From: Batkoa obscura
Taxonomy: Eukaryota
Length of the DNA: 64,000 nucleotides
Direction of reading: 5' to 3'
Assembly: GCA_030770535.1 (NCBI GenBank)
Contig: JASVEC010000011.1
Span: 186,001 to 250,000 of the forward strand
The first letter of the stretch is position 1. Each line of letters starts with the position of its first letter. The position numbers and the translations under genes are program-made. A model generated the notes under the pieces. The model searched no databases, was not told where the DNA came from, and was given only the letters and a program-made list of their open reading frames with translations. Of this stretch, positions 24,979 through 37,712 are shown in pieces.

Positions 24979-27006
24979 ATGGCCTCGCCTTTTACAGACT
25001 TATCCCTATTGTTAGGGGACTCTCTCAAATCTGATTCCAACTCCAAGCAGAATCCAGAAACTACAACTAGCAATAATAGTTTAAGTGATAACTTGACTTT
25101 AATCACTTCCTTAGTACAAACTGCCTACCATACACGTAAGGTAACGGGTGATCCTTTAGCCACAGATCTATGGAAATTATGTACCAAAGCACAGCATAGT
25201 ATTCCTCAAGCTAAAAGGTTTGAAAATTTAATGTGGCGTAGGATGGCAATCAAGCTAGTTCGTGCTAAAAAGAACCAACCACCATCCTCAGCTGCTTCTA
25301 CTTCTACCCCTTCTCCAGGCGTACAGAAAGAAGTTGGCGAATCAAGTAATAAGTCAAAATTCGTTAGTATTTTGCCTCATCCGCCTGTTTCTAAACCTTT
25401 AAGTAGACCTATTACTAATCCATCTAAAGCTAAAGCAAACTCAAAATTAAAATTAAAAGCGGCCCAACTTAATACAAATTATTCTAATCATCCAGGAGTT
25501 AAGCCGGAAAATCAAGCAAATCAAATTTCAGCTTCATTACAGTCAACTTCTATTCGTAATGAATCTACACAAACTGGGTCAGTACAGCAACAATATCCCA
25601 TGTATCCCAGTGTCAATCAAACGTATAATTTAGGCATATCACCAGGTACAGAATATCCATTAATGGACTCAAGAACAGTCACTCCAGATGGTTTTTTACA
25701 AGCTCAAGCACAGTCTTATTTCCAAAATGGGTACACCAATCCAACTCAATACAACTATGATGCGCTCAATACGAACAATACTGATATGTTGAGAAATATT
25801 GACATGAATGTGATGAATCAATTAACAATGAACTCAAATCAAAGCTGGTATGATCCAACGTTTGCTAACTTTGGTTCAATCCTCAATCGTAACTGGAGTA
25901 ATTTTGATGATCCAAGTGTAAATACTACCTTCCCTTCCTTCACTCAAACCGCTTTTCAAGATTATGTTACTTTAAACACCCCATTACTTAGAAGATCTAG
26001 ACTTGATTTAAATGGAAATGCTATCAATCCGCCAGTCAACACTACATCACAGTATGGTCAAGATAATATTCAAACTGCCCAAGCTAATCGTATACGCCAG
26101 TTAGAAGAACAGGTTACGATGTTGCTAGCAAGTAGAGATACCACTGGTTATACACCAACATCGAATACTCGAAGTTATAATAATGTTCCATTGAATAATG
26201 TGAATAACATTAATGAAACTACAATGATCAGTGATAAATTAGCGGCATCAACTAAGAATAATACAACAACACTACTTCATTACAATCAATCTACTACCCC
26301 TATTAGTCGATTAAATCCGAAGCAAGTTAATAATTCTTATGGACAGTATACGAACAGTAATAATATACTATATCCACAAGCTAGTTTTATTGCAGGTTCA
26401 TCAAATCAGGATATGGCAAAATATAACTCAACAATTCTTCAGCAAGAGGATTCTCATAAGCAACAAATTCCTTCTAGGCTGATGAAAGATAATAAAGATA
26501 TAACTCAAGAAAATACTACCAATGAACAAAAATCCGTGTTTAGAACTCCATCACTTCCAAATCAGTTACCACAGTATAAGCCTAATGGTGCTATTCAAGA
26601 CCCACGTCCCATGCCAAGACATACCTCTTCACAAAATAGTATTAAATCAAAGCCTAAGGTACCAGAAGTTGCCAATAATATTTCCAAGCCATCTGCACCT
26701 GTGCCATCTGCACCAGCTTCAGTATCGAGCGTCAAACCAGATGGCAAACCAAGAGGTTTAAATACTGCGTCTAATGGAGGAGGTGCAGTGGTATGTAATA
26801 ACTGTGGAGTAGATAAAACTTCACTTTGGCGTCGTGGAGCTTCTGGTGTACCTTTATGTAATGCATGTGGTCTGTTTTCTAAATTACATGGTAAGGAAAG
26901 ACCATTGAGTATGAAAACGGATGTGATACGTAAGCGTAATCGTGGGACTGGAGCGAGTAAAAGCAGTGGGCCAAGTAAGAAAAAGGCTAAGACACCGGAC
27001 CCTTAA
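24979..27006 (+). CDS. GATA transcription factor, AreA/Gat1-like nitrogen regulator, intronless
   Basis: N-terminal [20 protein letters not shown] (DUF1752-type); C-terminal CNNC-X17-CNAC finger followed by [25 protein letters not shown]. Confidence 0.93.
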   Translation: MASPFTDLSLLLGDSLKSDSNSKQNPETTTSNNSLSDNLTLITSLVQTAYHTRKVTGDPLATDLWKLCTKAQHSIPQAKRFENLMWRRMAIKLVRAKKNQPPSSAASTSTPSPGVQKEVGESSNKSKFVSILPHPPVSKPLSRPITNPSKAKANSKLKLKAAQLNTNYSNHPGVKPENQANQISASLQSTSIRNESTQTGSVQQQYPMYPSVNQTYNLGISPGTEYPLMDSRTVTPDGFLQAQAQSYFQNGYTNPTQYNYDALNTNNTDMLRNIDMNVMNQLTMNSNQSWYDPTFANFGSILNRNWSNFDDPSVNTTFPSFTQTAFQDYVTLNTPLLRRSRLDLNGNAINPPVNTTSQYGQDNIQTAQANRIRQLEEQVTMLLASRDTTGYTPTSNTRSYNNVPLNNVNNINETTMISDKLAASTKNNTTTLLHYNQSTTPISRLNPKQVNNSYGQYTNSNNILYPQASFIAGSSNQDMAKYNSTILQQEDSHKQQIPSRLMKDNKDITQENTTNEQKSVFRTPSLPNQLPQYKPNGAIQDPRPMPRHTSSQNSIKSKPKVPEVANNISKPSAPVPSAPASVSSVKPDGKPRGLNTASNGGGAVVCNNCGVDKTSLWRRGASGVPLCNACGLFSKLHGKERPLSMKTDVIRKRNRGTGASKSSGPSKKKAKTPDP

Positions 27007-28190
27007 ATGATTGAGTGAGTAAATGAATTATAAGAAATTTTTTTGTGGGATATTTTTATTTGCTTGATGCTTATTATTTTATAAGGGTGATATGGGTTAT
27101 TATAAATCTTTCAGGTTTTAGTATATATAAGTAGGGTTTTGTAGCATTTTCTTTAAAAAGTTTATCCAAGCATCTTTATGATTATTTTAATAAAGTAGGA
27201 CTGCCTTTTTTTTTATAGTTTTGAACGTTTTTTGATGTTTATTGTCTAAGTGCTTTTGATAATGATTATATTATGATTAGTTATGCAAACTGTTTTTTAC
27301 AGTAATAATGAAAAAATTGTGATTGGCTACATAAATTTTATGTATTTTATTTAACATTTTAGTAAGTTGATAATCAAATATATTAATATTATTAAAAATA
27401 TAACTACTTTTTTATAATTCATGTCATTAAACGAATGTCTGCTTTTAAAAAAGTGTAGTGGCGGGAAAAATAGTTCGGATATTTAATAAGCTTACAAATT
27501 TTGTTAGGATTTACAAAAAATAATGCGAATAAAATAAAACAATCAAAATAAAAGTTTCAATCCTAATATTAAAATTTCAATGTAGGCTAAAAGGACAAAT
27601 ATAGAAACATAATATTTCTAATCAAACTAAAAATCTGGATCGTTTTTATTTAAAATCATTGTAATTAATTTTTCTGATAATTGTTCAATAAACTTCTAAA
27701 ATCTATTTTTTTATAAAAAACAATGAATGCTGAATTAATAGGCATTCAACAAAATTAATAAGTAGAATCCGAAAAGTACAAATATTAGAAAATTTAATAA
27801 AAAGCCTATTTTTATTATTAAATTATAAACTATTATTGGAATATAAAAACCTTCTTAATAAATATAGAAAAAATTCAAGATTTTTGATTTGTTTTAGTTA
27901 ATAAACGTTTGATGATAAATTTAAATAATCGCTATTCAGATATGAATTTATAACATTGTTCTTTTATTGAAAATAATAGTTTTATTAAAAACGCTATAAA
28001 TTATAAACTAAAAATTGTATAAAATTAGTTAGATATCGATATTATAATAATATTATTTACTATTTAAATATTTAATTTTTAATTTATTATCTTTATTAAT
28101 AATTATTAATACTCAACCTAAGCTATTTATTAGCCTTTTTTTAATGATTTTATCAAATAATTTAAAATATTTAAAATTTCAGAGTAATAT

Positions 28191-28293
28191 GGGGGTGTTT
28201 TTTTTGGCTTCATTATTTTTTCCATCTTTTAAGCGCTATTTATTTCAGCGGAAAGATTGTTAGTAAAATTCTTAAACAAAAAAATACATCCCC
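28191..28293 (+). mobile_element. MITE copy
   Basis: gggggtgtttt...aaaatacatcccc; flanks atat/atgt. Confidence 0.9.
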
Positions 28294-28583
28294 ATGTGAT
28301 TCTTTATAGTTATATTGAATTGTGTTGAAGTTAATTTAAAATCAACTTTTATAACTTATATTCAATTAGATCTAAAAGATTTAATCTTCAACACATCAAC
28401 TAACCAAAAGCAAAGTTTTTAATAATAATCTTAAAAATAACCTATATTTTTAAAAAACTATGAACTTCAAAAAAAACGTTCAAATATTTAAAAAATACTT
28501 TATATAAACCCATAGTATTTAAAAACTCATGATGCGATTGAAAAAAAAAAACAGATAAAAAATAGAGAGAGTGGACTAAATTC

Positions 28584-30877
28584 TTAACGGCGTTTCAATT
28601 GAACATTTAAATTATTTCTTTGAACTGCTAACCAAGAATTCGTTGGTTGTCGACTATTAGAGTTGTTATTGACTGTACTACGATCCCTAATTACTCTTAA
28701 TCCAAGATCATGCCATGCAGAGGACATAAAAGTGGCTTCTAATCGATGTTGTTTTTGAGTTTCTAAAAGTTGGTGCTAAAAAAATTGGACTTTAGTTTCT
28801 TTTTTTTATAAACTTATTTTTTATCACTTACTTTTAACTTTTCCAATTCTTCTTCTTTGGATCGAAGATCGGATTTAAGGGAAGATAATGCTTCTCCAAA
28901 CATTTCCTAATTTAAAAATTAATATCAATTATTTAATTAAAGATAATATAACTAGTTACTTGTCCAGCATGGGAGGTATCTTTAGCTTGTCTTTCAGACG
29001 ATTTAATTTGCTAAAAAAAACATGAATTTTAAACAAATAAATAAAAGCAACTAAAAACATACTTCTGTAAGAAGTGAAATTTTCAAATTTAAATTTTCTT
29101 CCAATCCCTTTAACCTAACATTTTCCTCCCTAAGTTCCATATTACGATTAGTTTCCGCCACCAACATTTCTTTAACTTTAGATAGCTCATCTTTATCCGC
29201 CCCAGTAGGTCCTTGATTTTCTAAAGTAGTTAAAGTAGCTTTTAATTGACCAATTGTTTTTTCATTTTCTAATAACATATCTTTTTGTTGTAAACTTTGG
29301 GTTTTTAAACTATCTTTATCCATTAATAATTGATTAACAAATTGCATTTGTTTTCTTGCTTCTTCTTCAAGTTTTTCACATTTTTCACTAATTTCTTGTT
29401 TTTCACTAATAAATTTTTCATTTAATTTTGTAGTCTCTTGTTTTACTAATTCAATCGCTTCAAGTTGATCTTTACCGACCATACTTACTAGAAGAATGAT
29501 TTAGATAAATAAATTGATATTTAAAATACAAATCTTACAATCCGTTCTAGCAATCAATAGCTCATTATTTGCTTGTTCTAAAGCAATTTCAGTTTCTGCT
29601 AATTTACGTTTTAATTTAGAAGCTTCTTCTTCTGCTTCTGATAATCGAAGTCGAAGATTTAATGAAAGATCATAACTAAAAAAAGATTAAAACACTTAAC
29701 TTTCTATTCTAACTCTAAAAATTACCTCAATTTATCCCCACCTTCAGAAGGATTTAACCGTTTCAATTCTTCTTCTAATAATAAATTTTTACGATGCGAT
29801 TCCATAAGTTCCTAAACAAATAAATAAAAATTATATCTATCATTTTACATTAATATAAGATTAATCTTACCTCTTCAACTTTATTTCTAGCTTTTTTAGC
29901 ATCTTCAAGCATATTTTCTAGTATGATAATTCTTTGTGTAGAACCTGATTCTCGAGTTCCATTACGCATGGCAGTAAGTTCTTGTTCAAGCTTAAGTACC
30001 TTAGATTTTCTATTTTTTTTAAAAACATTAACTTAAATTTCAATAGTTTTGTTACTAAAAAAACTTACAAATCTTCAGCCTCAGCTTCATCTAAAGAGAT
30101 ACCACCAGAAGGTAATGAATTATCACCTGAATTAGTAATACCTAAAAAAAGATTTCAATTTATTAACATTTATTATATATTCAAACTTTTTGTTTTATAA
30201 TTACCTAATTCAATATCTTTTAATTTGGATTCAAAATTCATTGCTTCTTCTTGGTATCGATCTCTTTCCATTTCTAAAATACGAATATTTTCCTTTAAAT
30301 TTCGAGTTTCAAATTGATTTCTTTCATTTTCTAAATTCAATGTATTGATTCTAGAATCCATATTTAATACTTGTTCTTTATAAGTTTCACTCATGACTTT
30401 AAATTCGGTTAATTTTTCAATATCTCGTTGTAATTTAGTTTTATCTTCTAATAACATAAGGTTTTCTTCTTTGATACTCTAAATGATATAAATAAAAGTA
30501 AGTTAGTTACTACTTTTATTTTTATCTTATTCAAATTAATTTTAAATTTACTTTAAATCTTTTTTTATAATCTACCAATTCTTCAAAACTTTTTTTATAT
30601 TTTTCATTGGTATTTTCAACGCGTTGAAGTTTATCTTTAAGTAATCGATGTTCTCGACGTTCTTCATTTAATTGATCAGCTAATTGTGCTTTTTCATTAA
30701 GTGTATGAATCTAATTGAAATTTAGTGAATTTTTAGCTTTAAAAAATTTTTAATTAAAATAAATTACCTGTCGACTTTGTTCGGCCATATCCGCATTTTG
30801 TCGTGATATTGTCATCTCTGCTTCATGTCGTTTTTGTTCTGCAAAGGTACTATTTAAAATTTATTAATATGATATAA

Positions 30878-30922
<45 letters not shown>

Positions 30923-32026
30923 TACAGACTAGCTCTTAATTCATCAATTTCTTGCTTTAAAATATGCTCTGTTTTTGAATTTTCACCCGCTTTTAATAAA
31001 CTAGCTTCATAATCATTTAATTTTTGTTTTAAACTTTTACATTCGGTTTGAGTTTCATCCTAAATTCAATTAAAATGAAATTAATATAAAAAACTAAATT
31101 GATTTTTAGTTAATATTTTAATTACTAAAGTATTTTTTAAAAATTGAACTTCTTCAAAATATCGATCATATCCTTTTTTTAATTCTTCAATTTCTTTTTC
31201 ATAATCTAATTTAATAGCCTCAATTTGTTTATTAGAACCTCCATTATTAAATGGGTTTTTTGGATTCACATTTTGAGCACTAAAAAATAAATCATTTAAT
31301 ATATTTCTTTCAAAAAAAATTATATTAATCTTACCTATTAGCATTATTATTATTATGCGTAATCTAAAAACATTAATTTAATATAGAATCATAACTATCA
31401 ATTATCTCTTTACCTCATTTGTAGCTCTAGCAATAAGATCCTGATAACTCTTGGGCAAATTACTCGTTACAAATTCCAATTTAAGTCCCGGACAATTTTC
31501 ACTAAAGAAGAATAGAACATAAAAAATGGCTTGACAGAATCGAACCAAATCCGTGATCTGTTTTTCTCTAGCAATAGAATGTAAATCAATAGGATTTAAT
31601 CTAAAATTCTTTAATCTTTCTTGATGTTTTTCTACAAAAATAGACAACCAAGAATGAATTTTTTTTAAATTATTCACTTTTTGTATCCAAAACGTATCCT
31701 TTACTTTATCAATACGTTTAAATGAGGTTTTATCACTAAAGGGGAAATTAGTTGATGAAAGAAAGGTTCTATTCGGATTTATTTATAAAATAAATAACTT
31801 ACATTTCTACTAATAATCGGGAAAAGATATGACCATCACTTAAATCATAAAATTCATTAAGTTCATTTTCAAAACCTGGTATTCTATTTATCTATAATGT
31901 TATTTATATTAATATTCAAACTATTTAACATTAAATTTATAATAATATATATCTTACTAAAGTTATATAAGCTTCTGCTAAAGCTTGAGTATTCATAGAA
32001 TTAGAAGTAAGTGAATTAGCGTACAT
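28584..32026 (-). CDS. HOOK-family microtubule/dynein adaptor (Hok1/HookA-like), many exons
   Basis: N-terminal DLSDGHIF..W..KVNNLKKI..IDLHSIAR (HOOK domain), long coiled coil, C-terminal MSSAWHDLG...SWLAVQR; stop 28584-28586. Confidence 0.85.
30878..30921. repeat. (AAT)n microsatellite, intronic
   Basis: Pure aat run in a HOOK intron. Confidence 0.95.
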
Positions 32027-32309
32027 GATTGTAATGCCACGTTAATTTAATTACTAAAGTGGATATAAAAAAATTCAATATTAATATTAAAAAAAACTTT
32101 ATTATTAATTTTTTAGTATTACGTTTGAAATCTCAAATCTTAATACTTTCTAAATGCTCAATTTATTGGATTTCATTAAAGATAAACCAATAAAATTAGG
32201 GGTAATTTCAATCATTGAAATAAAATTCGATTTCTATATGTTCTATATAAGTACTTAATGGACAATTTTATAGTAGCAAATAATATTTTGAAGGGATAAT
32301 AAACTCAAA

Positions 32310-32310
<1 letters not shown>

Positions 32311-32361
<51 letters not shown>
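32311..32361. repeat. (AAT)n microsatellite, intergenic
   Basis: Pure aat run between the HOOK and SEN54 starts. Confidence 0.95.
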
Positions 32362-32512
32362 TTAAATCAACTTATTATAAAAATATTGAGAATAAACTAC
32401 TTGTTTTTAGAGTGTAAACGGACTTTGAACTAATGAATCGAAAATTTTTACTAAAATAATAAATTAAGTTTAAAATTCAACTCCACTTTTTATTTAAAAA
32501 AATAAGCAAAAA

Positions 32513-33578
32513 ATGTCAGTATGTCATTCTAATAATAAGAGTATTAGTATCTGGGATCCCACCCTCAATTTAGCTTTAGTAATTAAAAAAAAAGGGAATT
32601 ATATGACTGGAATGGGCTTTTATAAAGAACAACAATATTATTTATATCCAGAAGAAGTATTATTTTTATGTGATCGTGGAGCAATGCTTGTTTTTAAAAA
32701 TATTAAGGAATGGGATGGAATGATAGATAAAGAGATTGTTATGAAAATAAATGAGGAGGAGAGAAAGGAGATGGAATTAAAAGAAGTTTATGTTACTATC
32801 TTGAATGAAGGATTAGAGTTACATGTTTATCAAGTAAATGGAATTTAAAATGAAATTAAATATGTATATACTAAGAAATTAAACTAATATTCTATTTAGG
32901 TTTATAGTCATTTAAAAAGATTAGGATATATATTAATTAGGAGTAGTAATAGATTAAAAATATTATGAATTATTGAATTTTTATTTATTAGTATTTTACA
33001 TAGATCATACAAATAAAATAAAATCATTGAAAAATTCGATAGATAGAAAAGAGAAATTAATAGTAATCAGAAATCAATTAACACCAGCATCAAAACTAGT
33101 TGGATTTGGTAAATCATAATAATATATAATATGTAAAAATAGATTAATAATATTAATATTTATAGATAGAATTTATAATAATTTAAAATTAAATAACACT
33201 ATAGATATAACCCCTAATTATAAATTAATTAATTTTAATCATTTACCTCAATATCAATTATGGCAACCTAATCATCAATTTAAATTGAAAAATCCAGGTG
33301 AATGTTATAAATATTTAGTTATTGTTAGGTAATTAAATTAATTGATTATTTAAATAATAATACTAATAATAAATATTATTAATTATTAATTATTAATTAT
33401 TAATTATAGAATAGAAGACAATACCTTTAATTTATCTAATATTTCATTATTAAATGAACAATTTAATTCAATACCTATATTAATTGCAATTGTTGATCAA
33501 ACTAATGTTACATTTTTAGAATTAGATTCTAGTAATAATACTTATCAAAAAATATTAGATATTAAAAATCACTTATAA
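32513..33578 (+). CDS. SEN54: tRNA-splicing endonuclease subunit Sen54-like, multi-exon
   Basis: KGNYMTGMG..YLYPEEVLFLCDRGAM, YQVYSHLKRLGYIL, YQLWQPNHQFKLKNPG, ILIAIVDQTNVTFL. Confidence 0.8.
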
Positions 33579-33654
33579 TAATAAAATTAAATAATTAATA
33601 AAATCAATATTTGGTTTTAAATTTCTAATTTTAAATTATATGAATGAATTAATT

Positions 33655-35603
33655 TTATTTTTCAATAGTAAAAACTGGTTCTTTTTGATTGTTTTCAATA
33701 TGTTTTTTCATTGCATTATAATCAATATAAAATCTATTTGATTTATCTTTGGATTTAATACCTGTTATACAAAGTATTAATAATTCATTATATTTTTTTT
33801 CTAATATTATTAATTTTTTTATACTTTCGAGTAATAAAATCTAAACATTAATTTTTATTAAATGTTATATTTAAATTATAATATAATAATTATAAATTTA
33901 CTCTGATTTCTTTATCATTGTCATTATATAATTCTATTAATCCATCAATATAACAAAGAAAAAATCTTATTCCTAAACTAATATTAATTAATATTTAAAT
34001 AAATGAAAAATTAGATTATATAATCAACTTACTTTACAGGTAATAGAAAAGCAGCTAATTCAATATTGTTTTTATCTTTTAAGAATCTATTTTTAGGAAT
34101 AATAATGGATTTTTGATTTAAATTCAATAACTTTAATAAAATAATTAATAAAATAATTAATAAAATAATTAATAAAACGTTAAGAGATAGTTTTTTACTT
34201 TATCATTAATAAACTTTTGTTTTTCATTGAAATTCCATTCTTCACATTGTTCTAACCAATATAAAAAATGGCTATAAATAGATTGAAAGGGTTGAATATA
34301 TTCTTCATTAATATTAATTGACTATAATTAATGTAAATATAAACATTATAAATAAAATTATAATAATAGAATATAACTTACCTTTAACTCCGTTAACTTT
34401 ATCATAGTTTTCAACTGAAACCAAGTATTTTCATACAATCCTGGAAGTTCTATTAATTTTAATTTCATCCTAATAAATAAAATAAAATAAAATAAAATAT
34501 TATAATTAATATATTGTAATTTTAATATTTTAAGTTATTACATAAACACTATCCATTCATATATTCTATTTTTATATTGATCCTCATTTATTTTTTTAAT
34601 AAACTATTAAATTAAATATAAGTAATAATTGGATATTTAAATATTATTAATTATACCTCTTCAATATCATTTGTTAAAAATAATGAATTATTATTATTTA
34701 TAATTAACTTATTTAAAATGTTTAAATAATCTATTACTTTCATACCGATTAAATCTGTATAAAACTCAATATACTCTGACATTCTACCAAAATTTATAAT
34801 TAATTGTTTCAATTCTATTAATCCTTCTTCTTGTTTATAAATCTATATAAAAATAACCCAGTTTAATACTAGAATATTAAATTATTAAAGTAATAGCTCA
34901 CTTTTTTAAGTTGATTAATAAATTCATTATCTATATATTCTTTTAAAAATGAAGAATTATGTTGATACATAAATATTAATGTTATTATCCCAAATTGTCG
35001 CTGATAAGGATTGTTACTTTCTTCAAGTATTAAATCAATTAAATATGTTATAATTTTTTTTTTAAATATTTCTATAATAAAATAAATAAAAATAATCTAT
35101 TATTATTCAATATAAAATAAAATTAATAGTTTAACTTACTTTCATTCTTTTCATTTTTAATGTAACAAAGTAAATACAATATATTACAAAAATTTATATG
35201 ATTAATAACTAAGTTTAATTCCGTTTTTAATATAATTAATATCAACGATAAATTATCCTATTAAAAAAAATAATGAACTTTAGATAATCTCAAATACTAT
35301 TAATAATGATAATAACATACCATCAACATAACTTCTAATTCTTCTGTATCATATAATTTATTGTTTAGTATAAATAAAATTAATTCTTCTTCATTTGATC
35401 TTTGTTTTTTTATTATTAATTCTAAATTATTAAATATTACTTATCAGCCTTATCTTAAATATTACTTTCAAACCTTTTTTAATATCTTCATAATATCTAT
35501 TATAACACTCTAATTTGTCAGGATCTAATTTTGTTTGTTGATTTAATTCAATTTGGTTTAATAATTCAATAAGTTGTAATAATAATGGATTATTAAAATC
35601 CAT
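33655..35603 (-). CDS. Uncharacterised intron-rich protein, likely alpha-helical
   Basis: ATG at 35603 (MDFNNPLLLQLIELL...), a series of short open exons bounded by gtaag/ag, ending KHIENNQKEPVFTIEK*; family not recognised. Confidence 0.6.
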
Positions 35604-36052
35604 TTTAAAGTATAAAAAGTGATAAAAAAATAATAAGAATAAACTAAAATTGTAATTAAAAAGAGATGTGTGTTTTTTTAAATATATAAAATTTGGATAC
35701 ATTTATTATTAAAGGTTTTTAAACAAATAAATAAATAAATAAACTTTTTATTTAAAATGATTAAAATAAAATAAAATAAGATATTTTATTATGTTAATAC
35801 TTAAAAATAGCATCAATTATTGTTGTATCCTTGATATTTTGGATCAATCCAATATTTTTTTAATAGAAAATTTTAACTTCAGCTTATTGGTTAATGTTTG
35901 AATCTTGATCTTGGGTGACAACGTCATATTCCAAATTCCTTTACTCAGCTTTTTCTAAAATAAATATACAATTTCTTAATATTATTTTTACTTTTCTAGT
36001 AAACCTCAAAACTCATATTCAATTTTAATAATAAACAACAAATTTATCCAAA

Positions 36053-37152
36053 ATGTCACGTCGATATGATTCTCGAACCACTATGTTTTCACCAGAAGGT
36101 AAATTACTTTTTCATATCATTAAAATGCCATTATCAAAATCATGTTAAACTAAAATTAAAACTCTTCTTATTTCCCACCTAGGTCGTTTATTCCAAGTAG
36201 AATATGCCATGGAAGCCATTTCTCATGCTGGTACTTGTTTAGGAATTTTAGCTAGCGATGGTGTAGTTATTGCAGCTGAAAAAAAAGTAGTCTCTAGTTT
36301 ATTAGAAACGGATAAATCCACTGAGAAATTATATGTTATTAATGAGTAAGTTTAAAACTAAATTTATTCTTTAATATTATATTAAAAAATAATAATGAAT
36401 AATAAGAATAATTAATTAATTAATTAATTAATTGGTACTAATGTATTTTTTAAATGATATAGTAATATAGTTTCTGCTGTTGCTGGATTAACCAGTGATG
36501 CTAATATTTTAGTAAATTCGGCACGTCAATATGCTCAATCTTATTTAATGAATTACGGTACAGACATACCTATTGAATCATTAGTAAAAAGGTTATCTGA
36601 TTCTAAACAAGCTTATACTCAATTTGGTGGTAAGTTATTTAAGTTTTATTTTTTATTTTAATAATAATAATAATAAATTAATTAATTTTTTGCTTTTATT
36701 TTTTAATTAGGTTTAAGACCATATGGTGTTTCTATTTTATACGCTGGTTATGATGATTCCCATGGATTTCAATTATATCATAGTGATCCCAGTGGTAATT
36801 ATGGGGGTTGGAAAGCTACTTGTATTGGAGCTAATTTTTCATCTGCCCAATCCGTTCTTAAACAAGAATATAAAGAAGAATTAAATATTGATCAAGCATT
36901 AGAAATGACAATTAAAGTATTATCAAAAACTATGGATACTGCTAATTTAACTGAAGAAACTCGTAAGTTTTCTTTATTAGAAATTACTTTGGTTTTAAAA
37001 ATTAATTTGATTTTTCTTTGAATTTAGTTGAATTTGCTACTTTAAAATTGGTGGATGGTAAACCTAAATATCAAATTTATTCACCTAGTGAAATTAAGGA
37101 ATTACTTGAGTTATATAAGGATGCTTTAGAAACAGAAAAGATTGAAGCTTAA
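36053..37152 (+). CDS. PRE9: 20S proteasome subunit alpha-3 (5 exons)
   Basis: [63 protein letters not shown]. Confidence 0.97.
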
Positions 37153-37267
37153 ATTTGAAATTACTTTAAATTTTATTAAATGAAAGTATATTTTATAAAA
37201 TTATAATTTTAGTTTAAATTTTATTTATTTTATAATATTTGAAATGCTAAGCATTAGTTTTATTTAT

Positions 37268-37639
37268 TTATTCATCTTCTTTAGCTCCAAAAAGATGCCA
37301 AGTTTTCAACCAATTTCTAGATTTAAATTCTTCAGATGGAAATGTCATTCCAAAAGTCATTGGAGCAAAGTAAATAAAAGTGAGACAAATCATTATTATT
37401 ATTGAAAAAAATAGCTTATTTTTAAAATTATTAGTTTTGTTTTGAACTAATAAATCTAATGTATATGGTAATGCTAAACAAGCTATATAAAGTGATGGAA
37501 AATAATGATGAACATATAATACTCTTCCCATTAAAAAAAAGGGTAAATATTGTAATAACCATCCACCTACAATAGCTTTAAACGCAAATATATAATTTTC
37601 CCAATCATCTATAAAAAAATATATTAAATATTAACTTTT

Positions 37640-37712
<73 letters not shown>

